The position numbers and the translations under genes are program-made. A stretch of 43,770 nt of DNA from a virus. Of the stretch, positions 1-6,329 are shown piece by piece. A model generated the notes under the pieces. The model was not told where the DNA came from, searched no databases, and saw only the letters and a list, made by a program, of their open reading frames with translations. The stretch lies in the IMG/VR virus record IMGVR_UViG_3300045988_064273; one strand, written 5' to 3'. Every line of letters starts with the position of its first letter. Position 1 is the first letter of the stretch.

Positions 1-52
1 ATCAACGCCTTTTTGTTCTGCCGCAAAGGTTCGAATCCCTTACGGCGTGCCA
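1..52 (+). tRNA. 3' portion of a tRNA(-like) gene (T arm, acceptor 3' strand, G discriminator, CCA); the 5' part lies outside the window
   Basis: AAAGG-TTCGAAT-CCCTT T arm, then ACGGCGT, G and CCA ending at nt 52. The anticodon arm could not be folded from nt 1-24, so isotype is unknown. Confidence 0.55.
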
Positions 53-55
53 AAA
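1..55. repeat. attL core: left copy of the perfect 55-bp direct repeat
   Basis: Identical to nt 43716-43770 (ATCAACGCCTTTTTGTTCTGCCGCAAAGGTTCGAATCCCTTACGGCGTGCCAAAA). Confidence 0.9.
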
Positions 56-57
56 AG

Positions 58-100
58 AGAAAATCCCGAAGTCGTTGAAACTTCGGGATTTTCTTTATTT
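58..100. terminator. Bidirectional rho-independent terminator just inside attL
   Basis: Perfect 14-bp stem AGAAAATCCCGAAG/CTTCGGGATTTTCT with a 9-nt loop. T-rich tracts follow it on both strands. Confidence 0.75.
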
Positions 101-187
101 ATCAATGGTTTGCGGCGTTTTTGCGCCGTATATTTTCCAACGTAATCATACAAAAATTAGCGTAGCAATGTACGTTTTAACTTGCAA

Positions 188-209
188 TTTTACGTCAAAA
201 TTTACGACA
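188..209 (+). promoter_or_regulatory. Putative integrase arm-type site (left arm), TTTACG-N6-TTTACG
   Basis: TTTTACGTCAAAATTTACGACA matches 43673-43694 at 20 of 22 positions in the same orientation. Confidence 0.45.
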
Positions 210-215
210 ACTTTG

Positions 216-602
216 TTATGCGTTTTTGAGGATGCTTATAGCTTTCTTGATTGCCATGTGTTCGCTCTCGCCGCCTGCGGTTTTGAGCATATCCTCGAGC
301 TTTGCGATAGCGTGCTCGTTTTCGTCGGCGCGGCTGTAATGTCTGCGGCTATAGTCATCATCCCGGCTATAGCGCCCCATGCTGTCGCGCTTGTAGCTGT
401 TGCCTCGCATAAAGCCTTCTGCATCCCATTCGCTTCTACGGCTGTAGCCCTCGCCCATGCAGATCTTGTCGATGTTCTTGATGCTGTGCACAAGCTTGTC
501 GATAATGTCAAGCGCGCCGACGTTTAATTCGCCCTGCTCTGCAATGCTGTCAAGTTCCTCACAAAGCATGTCGCGCAGTCTTTCAAGTGTTTTCATACTC
601 AT
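216..602 (-). CDS. Hypothetical protein (128 aa) with helical ends and an R/S/D/Y-rich centre
   Basis: ORF with SD GAAGGGA upstream. Last gene before attL. No family recognised. Confidence 0.6.
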   Translation of the reverse strand: MSMKTLERLRDMLCEELDSIAEQGELNVGALDIIDKLVHSIKNIDKICMGEGYSRRSEWDAEGFMRGNSYKRDSMGRYSRDDDYSRRHYSRADENEHAIAKLEDMLKTAGGESEHMAIKKAISILKNA

Positions 603-615
603 GTTATTGCTCCCT

Positions 616-1038
616 TCACGCTATTCTGTCAACTATAAGATTTGCATTTGCAAAGTTGACTGCCTGGCCGCTCGTGTTCTCTGCTGCTACAGTGAGGCAG
701 CAGTCGCGCGGCACGTTTACATTTGCGGCAACGTAGATATTAAAATAATTCTCAACCGCAGCCGGTGTTATCGTTGCCGTCGCACTGGTAAGCGGTTCGC
801 CGTTTATCGCTAAAGCGGCCGTGATAGCCTCCACGGCGCCGCCGGTAGGTATGGCTATATTCGCGCCAAAGGCAACACGATAACGCGCTCTGCACTGGTT
901 TGTGAGGCCTCTGAGCGTAACAATGCCTGCACCCTCGCGGTGCACTATGCTGCAATTACCGGCTACCGCCGTCTCGGTAAGAGGTACGTTCTGCCCGGCT
1001 GCTACGGTCACGATGTTTGAGTTCGTAAATTCAGCCAT
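616..1038 (-). CDS. Hypothetical beta-rich protein (140 aa), possibly a C1q/TNF-like (BclA C-terminal-domain-like) jelly roll
   Basis: ORF. The alternating hydrophobic pattern and C-terminal NANLIVDRIA resemble BclA-CTD-type domains. Resemblance is by eye only. Confidence 0.55.
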   Translation of the reverse strand: MAEFTNSNIVTVAAGQNVPLTETAVAGNCSIVHREGAGIVTLRGLTNQCRARYRVAFGANIAIPTGGAVEAITAALAINGEPLTSATATITPAAVENYFNIYVAANVNVPRDCCLTVAAENTSGQAVNFANANLIVDRIA

Positions 1039-1246
1039 CGTTTTCGCTCTCCTTTCCGGCGATACCGAAAGGTATCGACAGCGACATGGTTTTTATCATG
1101 TTTTCAAAGTAATCGCCTTTTTCTGTTTCGTTGACAGTCTTGATGATATACGCGAAAGTGTTAAGTTCGCTTACATCGAGCGTGTCAAGATCTACATCCA
1201 TAAGGTAGTCAATGAATTTTTCTTTGAGTTCTTTGCAAGTTGCCAT
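1031..1246 (-). CDS. Hypothetical acidic protein (71 aa)
   Basis: ORF overlapping the next gene by 8 nt (coupled). Confidence 0.5.
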   Translation of the reverse strand: MATCKELKEKFIDYLMDVDLDTLDVSELNTFAYIIKTVNETEKGDYFENMIKTMSLSIPFGIAGKESENDG

Positions 1247-1363
1247 ATAATCAGTCCTTTCATAAGAAATGCGGTGAGGCTATGCGCCCCACCGCTTATC
1301 GTTAGTATCGGTAAAGGCCGAACATTTTCGTAAAGTCACGAAAAAGCTAAACTATGAGATTTG

Positions 1364-2086
1364 TTATGCGCAGCTACCGCATGCCCCGCAGGGTGCAGAC
1401 GAAGCCCAAGGGTTACAAGTGATGTAAGCCGGAGTCGGGCAAGGCCGCAGCTGAGATACGAGGTAATTGTTCTGCGCAGCCTGCGAAGCCGCAAGCTTGA
1501 GGTTCTGGTTCTCGGTCTGCAAATCCTGCATCTTGCTGTTGACGAGGAAATCGAGAATTGCCTTGCTGTTGCTGTTTGCGTTGTCGATAATGTCGCGTGT
1601 TGCGTTCTGCACAGTGTTGCGAGTATCGCAAGCCTGCGTTGCCATATCATAACGCACCTGAGCAATTGCCGCGCGGTTCTCGCAGCAGCACTCCTGTGCC
1701 TGCATCTGCATTGCGTTCAGCTGCTGCATAAGTGCGGCCTGCTGATTGCAGCGCGACAGCTCGGAAGAGTAGAAGCCGTTTGTGACCGCCTGAGTGACAC
1801 CGGCGAAGCCGTTAAGCATTCCCGTGTTCATGGCATAGAAGCCGTCACACAGGCCGTTGTTAACGTTGTCAAGCTTTCGCTCGATGTTTGCAAAGTCGGA
1901 AGTCAGAACGTATCCGTCCATCACTCCGCCATTGTTACCGCCCCAGCCGTTGCCGCCCCAGCCGAAAAGCACGATGAAAAAGAGGATTATCCACCATCCA
2001 TCACCGCCAAAACCGCCGAAGCCGCCGTTTGCTGAGGTTGGTGCAACCGGCATGGTCATTACCGGCGCATCAGAAGAAATCGCCAT
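1364..2086 (-). CDS. Membrane-anchored protein (240 aa) with a Gly/Trp-rich TM N-terminus, Q/N-rich coiled coil and Cys-rich C-terminus
   Basis: GGFGGFGGDGWWIILFFIVLFGWGGNGWGG, then ECCCENR and CGACGSCA. SD AAAGGAAA upstream. Confidence 0.65.
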   Translation of the reverse strand: MAISSDAPVMTMPVAPTSANGGFGGFGGDGWWIILFFIVLFGWGGNGWGGNNGGVMDGYVLTSDFANIERKLDNVNNGLCDGFYAMNTGMLNGFAGVTQAVTNGFYSSELSRCNQQAALMQQLNAMQMQAQECCCENRAAIAQVRYDMATQACDTRNTVQNATRDIIDNANSNSKAILDFLVNSKMQDLQTENQNLKLAASQAAQNNYLVSQLRPCPTPAYITCNPWASSAPCGACGSCA

Positions 2087-2141
2087 TGTTTAGTTTTCCT
2101 TTCGATATGTATTTACAAATACCCGGCCGGATAAAATGTAC

Positions 2142-2348
2142 CTACTTCATAAGCGCCTGGAACTGTTGCGCAAAGCTCTGCGCCTGGTTGAGCTGCTGTT
2201 GTGTTATCTTTCCGCTTTGAAGCATTTTTTGCACTTCCTGTTGTGGGTCTCCCTGAAACGTGCTTTTAAACTGCTGAAAGCGCTGCACGAGCTGCTGAAA
2301 CTGCGGATTAACTCCGCCGCCGAGAGCTTCAAACAAAGGATTACTCAT
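2142..2348 (-). CDS. Hypothetical Gln-rich protein (68 aa)
   Basis: ORF overlapping the upstream gene by 8 nt. Confidence 0.55.
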   Translation of the reverse strand: MSNPLFEALGGGVNPQFQQLVQRFQQFKSTFQGDPQQEVQKMLQSGKITQQQLNQAQSFAQQFQALMK

Positions 2349-2712
2349 TGCTTACCTCCTTCGGCATAAGCGCCGCAACTTGCTTTACAAGCGTCTCATA
2401 CTCCGCCCGGGTCACATAATCCGCAGTCGGCTGAGCCGGTGCGCTCTGCGCTCGTTCCGTGTAGTCAAGAATGCGCATAGTCGGCATGCCTGCCGCGTCA
2501 ACGGATTTAAGATAGATCGTTTGCCGTTCGCTGTCCCAAAGCGGAACAGTGTTTCCGGCAGCTACTAAATACGCTTTACCTGCCGCCTCTCCCTGCACCC
2601 AGATCATGCCCTGCTGTGCAGGCTGCTGCTGTGCTCGCATCTGCGCGAGATTGTCCATCATAGGCGGCTGATAATATGATTGCCCATACATGTTGCCGTA
2701 ACCGTAAGCCAT
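2341..2712 (-). CDS. Hypothetical protein (123 aa) with a Tyr/Gln-rich N-terminus
   Basis: ORF lying 2 nt after the upstream stop. Confidence 0.6.
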   Translation of the reverse strand: MAYGYGNMYGQSYYQPPMMDNLAQMRAQQQPAQQGMIWVQGEAAGKAYLVAAGNTVPLWDSERQTIYLKSVDAAGMPTMRILDYTERAQSAPAQPTADYVTRAEYETLVKQVAALMPKEVSNE

Positions 2713-2714
2713 GA

Positions 2715-3092
2715 TTAATCCTCTCTTTCAAAGTAATAAACCGGCACTTCCTCGCCGCTGTCCCACGTGTCGTAGTAATCGCCGTTTACGACGGCCACGA
2801 CGTGCCCGGACAGTGCAAGGACATAAACGCCGTGCGGATGTTCATCGGCGAAGGCGGCGACTGTGTAGCACTCCGGGCAAGCATCCGGCAGTATGCGCTG
2901 TCTAAAGCCGTTGGCTTTGAGGTAACTTCCCCAGACGCTGTTTCCCGAGGGCATGTCGTGCGCTCTCAGGCCTTCAACGCACAAAGCGAGATAGGTCTTT
3001 TCCCAGTCCGTTCCCATTGCTTTTGCAATTGCTCTCACTGCGCAATCGCCGACGCGCTTAGCACCCGGATTAGGATTAAAAAACACGAACAT
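2715..3092 (-). CDS. Putative small Cys/His peptidase-like protein (125 aa)
   Basis: NPNPGAKRVGDCAVRAI ... SGHVVAVVNGDYYDTWD gives a papain-like Cys..His arrangement by eye. SD AAGGAGG upstream. Confidence 0.5.
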   Translation of the reverse strand: MFVFFNPNPGAKRVGDCAVRAIAKAMGTDWEKTYLALCVEGLRAHDMPSGNSVWGSYLKANGFRQRILPDACPECYTVAAFADEHPHGVYVLALSGHVVAVVNGDYYDTWDSGEEVPVYYFERED

Positions 3093-3177
3093 GTCGCCGC
3101 CTCCTTGTACCTAAAGCTTAATGCTTTTTCGTTTTTCAAGGGGGAAACTAATGTCCGTGTTATGGGGAAAATGGGCG

Positions 3178-3205
3178 TAAAAAAAGAGGAGGTCTTGCCT
3201 CCTCT
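3178..3205 (-). terminator. Strong rho-independent terminator after the lysis cassette
   Basis: - strand AGAGGAGG-caaga-CCTCCTCT followed by TTTTTTT. The stem overlaps the stop codon of 3205-3453. Confidence 0.8.
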
Positions 3206-3453
3206 CAGCTTTTGAAAAACCGCTCGTAATTATACTCAAGCTTTGTTCGCGCCGTTGTTATTCGTTTACCGACGGTTTTTCGGTCAAGCCCTATTTCTTC
3301 TGCTATGTCTATCTGCGGAATTTGCTGAATGAAATACAAATCCGCTATCCTGCTGCCCTCGCGCCCGAGGTTGGAACTGTATATAAGCTCATCCCACTTC
3401 TCGCGCGGCAGCATTGCCATGTCCGGCCTGAGCCGTAATCGCGCCTGTGTCAT
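3205..3453 (-). CDS. Small sigma-70 region-4-like HTH protein (82 aa)
   Basis: ADLYFIQQIPQIDIAEEIGLDRKTVGKRITTAR. ATGA start/stop overlap with the holin gene. Confidence 0.6.
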   Translation of the reverse strand: MTQARLRLRPDMAMLPREKWDELIYSSNLGREGSRIADLYFIQQIPQIDIAEEIGLDRKTVGKRITTARTKLEYNYERFFKS

Positions 3454-3713
3454 TTATCACACTTCGGCTTATCGTACTCCATAGCCTGCTTGCTGTCGCC
3501 CACGCCGGCGGTCGTCGGGTCTGTGACTACGCCGAGAATGGTAAGCACCGCGAACAGCGCGTTTACAACGGCCAGCAGCTTGTCGCCCAGCGCGTCAAGC
3601 TTCAAGTCGATGCCGAACACCGCCGCTACCACCTGAATAAGCAGCAGCAGCGCCGGGATTAGCGCAAGCCAAAAGGTTTTGTTTTTAATGCGTACAGTCC
3701 AATTGATTTTCAT
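3450..3713 (-). CDS. Holin, phi-LC3 / Phage_holin_1-like
   Basis: MKINWTVRIKNKTFW..., two TM segments, then ...VVTDPTTAGVGDSKQA. Confidence 0.88.
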   Translation of the reverse strand: MKINWTVRIKNKTFWLALIPALLLLIQVVAAVFGIDLKLDALGDKLLAVVNALFAVLTILGVVTDPTTAGVGDSKQAMEYDKPKCDK

Positions 3714-3727
3714 AAATGTGCCTCCTG

Positions 3728-3961
3728 TTAATGATGATGATTTTTCATGTCGTCTTCAAGATCGCTTATGCGATGGTTGATTACCTTAATCTGTTCCTCT
3801 ACCACAGGCATACGCTTTGCAAACTTGTTGTGTTCCCTGACCTCGCGCGTAAGCTCGTCCACGCGCTCTTCCATGACCGCTTGCGATTTGTTATTGTTGA
3901 TAATAACGCCGATAAGCGTCAGCACGCCGGTTATGATAGCTACGACTACACTTTCAACCAT
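3728..3961 (-). CDS. Lysis-cassette membrane protein (77 aa) with an N-terminal TM and coiled coil
   Basis: VVVAIITGVLTLIGVII followed by a charged helix. Sits between the endolysin and holin. Confidence 0.65.
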   Translation of the reverse strand: MVESVVVAIITGVLTLIGVIINNNKSQAVMEERVDELTREVREHNKFAKRMPVVEEQIKVINHRISDLEDDMKNHHH

Positions 3962-4659
3962 TATTTTTTAATTATCCTCTCGCAAAAAATTATCGTCCTG
4001 AGCATATCCTCCGTCAGGTCGATAACGCCGTCGCCCTTGCCCTGAATAACGCCGTCGGCCATAAGCTTCTTCACTGTGTCGCGGTAAAACCCTTCGGGAA
4101 CGTCGTTGACCGTTTTCCATCTGACCATTTCTTCATCCTCGCTTTCTGCTGTATATTTCGGTCTGCCAAAGCCGTAGACCGTGCTGCCGAGATGCCTGGT
4201 AACGCGCTGCACGGAGTTGCCGTGGTTGCCCTCTATGGTAACGAACGTGTTGCCGTTTACGCTTTCGACAATGCCCGTGTGGCAGGGCAGCCCATCGCGG
4301 CTGTCGCGCTGAAAATACTGATCGCCTACCTGCGGCTTGGTGAAAAGCCTCGCCTGTCCTGCGTAATACTTCGCCCAGCTCACGCAGCTTGCGCCGTATG
4401 GCCCGGTAAGGCACAGAATATCCTTTGCCTCGCTACCTGCAATGCGCCAGAAGCACCACGCTACAAAGCTTGTGCACCATTCATAGCCGTTCTTCGGCGT
4501 GTTCCAGAACTTCGCCTTGTCGAGCTCGGCCTGAAACATCGTGAAGTTGCCTCGCCCGGCGTTATCCTCAAAGCTGTATAAGTCCTTGTCCGACGCCTTT
4601 TCCTTATAGCCTATGTACTTTGCAGCTAACGTGAGCACCTGTTTCGGGGTAATGTTCAT
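3961..4659 (-). CDS. Endolysin with an N-terminal CHAP domain and a C-terminal wall-binding-like domain
   Basis: GYEWCTSFVAWCF ... CHTGIVESV ... TIEGNHG. Start moved to MNITPKQ (SD GGGAGGA); the ORF extends to 4674. Confidence 0.85.
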   Translation of the reverse strand: MNITPKQVLTLAAKYIGYKEKASDKDLYSFEDNAGRGNFTMFQAELDKAKFWNTPKNGYEWCTSFVAWCFWRIAGSEAKDILCLTGPYGASCVSWAKYYAGQARLFTKPQVGDQYFQRDSRDGLPCHTGIVESVNGNTFVTIEGNHGNSVQRVTRHLGSTVYGFGRPKYTAESEDEEMVRWKTVNDVPEGFYRDTVKKLMADGVIQGKGDGVIDLTEDMLRTIIFCERIIKK

Positions 4660-5099
4660 CCTGCATCCTCCCACGCGCTCGGCAGCGCCGACGCATCGTG
4701 TACAACATTATCCTGCAAGCACCTGTGTACCTTGCCGGAAGCGTCCTTGTAGCATTCGCCGGTCATGTACATGCCGCTCGTTCCGAGAGGGTCTACCCAT
4801 GCTTTGGCCTTTGCAGGGTCTTTCGTGTGGCACAGCCCCCACAGAGCGCGAAGCGTTGACGGCCTGCCCTGATAATTCGCGGCGTTGTACGGCTGTATAA
4901 GCGTCCACACCTGACCCTCGTCGGCCACCGGCGTACCGGCAGGACATGCGCTGTAATCCTTCTGCGCGTTGAAGTCCGGCACTTTGCTTTCCTCCGCGAT
5001 TATCGCCGTGCCGTCCATCGTGCTTGCGCGTCCGCGCAGATTGAGCGCATCGTCCGCGCCCTTTTCCTTCATTTTGGTCATAGCCTCTGTCTTCGTCAT
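4656..5099 (-). CDS. Hypothetical protein in the tail-fibre region (147 aa)
   Basis: ORF with 4-nt start/stop overlaps on both sides. Confidence 0.6.
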   Translation of the reverse strand: MTKTEAMTKMKEKGADDALNLRGRASTMDGTAIIAEESKVPDFNAQKDYSACPAGTPVADEGQVWTLIQPYNAANYQGRPSTLRALWGLCHTKDPAKAKAWVDPLGTSGMYMTGECYKDASGKVHRCLQDNVVHDASALPSAWEDAG

Positions 5100-5512
5100 A
5101 TGCTGTTGACTCCTTCCCTGTAGGCGTTATCAAGGTCGCTTGCTGATATGGCGTTTGCCGTCACGGTCTCGATCTCCGTCGGCTTGCCCATTTTGATGGT
5201 AACAGTGCCGTCGCGGTTATCGCGGATAACACCGCTCATGCTGTATTCCGAGTTGTCAAACTCGCTCGTGACTTCTTCCATTACGGGATTTCCGCTGCTG
5301 TCTATCATCGGCTGGCCGTCCTCGCTTAGCTTCTGCACCGTGTCTTTCTGAACGATGCTCCACGGCGTATTGTCGGGCATCAGCGCAAGTACGTCGGCGT
5401 AAGTCATGTTAAGCGTGATAGACTTCGTGTCACGCCTGTCCCACTCGTAGTCGCCTATTCTGCCGCCTATTTCCGCTGGGTATAGTATGTTGTTTACTTT
5501 GATGTAGGTCAT
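5096..5512 (-). CDS. Hypothetical protein in the tail-fibre region (138 aa)
   Basis: Start moved to MTYIKVNN (SD AGGAGG); the ORF extends to 5575. Confidence 0.6.
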   Translation of the reverse strand: MTYIKVNNILYPAEIGGRIGDYEWDRRDTKSITLNMTYADVLALMPDNTPWSIVQKDTVQKLSEDGQPMIDSSGNPVMEEVTSEFDNSEYSMSGVIRDNRDGTVTIKMGKPTEIETVTANAISASDLDNAYREGVNSI

Positions 5513-5522
5513 TGTGTACCTC

Positions 5523-6317
5523 CTAAAATATGTTGAAGTTATCATCGAATTTTGCATCGTCGGATGGAAGAACAAGAGAAGGTCGAATGCCTTCTTCTTT
5601 GCCAGTGACAGAGGTTAAATATGCCAAACTCCCTGAGGTGTAGACAATAGTAAGGTCATTGGAAAAATCGTCTCGAGTATACCAGCTTGTCGCTTGGCCA
5701 TTATAGTAACCAATTTTCTTTTTATTGCTCGAAGATGTTTGATCCGGAAAGTAACTCAATGGTACATATGTTTCACCTGACCAGTGACCAAATCCCAAAT
5801 CAGCTCTGTCAAGGCAAAATATTTTTCGTGGTACTGTTGTTGGCGGATTATATGTTGCACTGGCACGGCTAATTAACGGGAGATTAATTTGTTTAATCAG
5901 TGACTGAATATGGGGTTCTAATAATGGGAAGAATGTGTTTCTTAGATAGTTATCGACTTTTGAATACTCATAATAATATCTATATCCACCGGCTTCGTCA
6001 TTTGTTTCATATGCAAACTCAATAAGGGCATAAATATCTTTCAACAATAACCATGTGCCATTACAAGTATCATCGTAATACGCGGGTGTTAGATTACCTT
6101 GATGCACAACAAGCCATTCTTTGCGAACTCCGCCGACGTTCATATACACACTCGACCCAACTGCAAGCTCTCCAACAGGCGTTCCAAAGCTTATATCATA
6201 CCCCGTACCTCCAATAAGCGTCCGGCCTTTCTTGATGTCATAACCGGTACCGCCGATTAAGGTTCTACCGCTTTTGATATCATAGGAAGTACCATTGATT
6301 AAAGTTTTGTGTGCCAT
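5523..6317 (-). CDS. Putative receptor-binding / distal fibre protein (264 aa), chimeric
   Basis: The N-terminus has 2.5 copies of GTGYDIKKGRTLIG. The C-terminal ~200 aa lie in a sharp low-GC island. Confidence 0.6.
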   Translation of the reverse strand: MAHKTLINGTSYDIKSGRTLIGGTGYDIKKGRTLIGGTGYDISFGTPVGELAVGSSVYMNVGGVRKEWLVVHQGNLTPAYYDDTCNGTWLLLKDIYALIEFAYETNDEAGGYRYYYEYSKVDNYLRNTFFPLLEPHIQSLIKQINLPLISRASATYNPPTTVPRKIFCLDRADLGFGHWSGETYVPLSYFPDQTSSSNKKKIGYYNGQATSWYTRDDFSNDLTIVYTSGSLAYLTSVTGKEEGIRPSLVLPSDDAKFDDNFNIF

Positions 6318-6329
6318 ATCCGCGCCCCC

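Noticed and set aside
75-527. 150-aa + strand ORF at the left end
   Set aside because: It is antisense to the better-supported 216-602 gene, which has an SD and sits in a coherent operon. Its start also lies inside the terminator hairpin.
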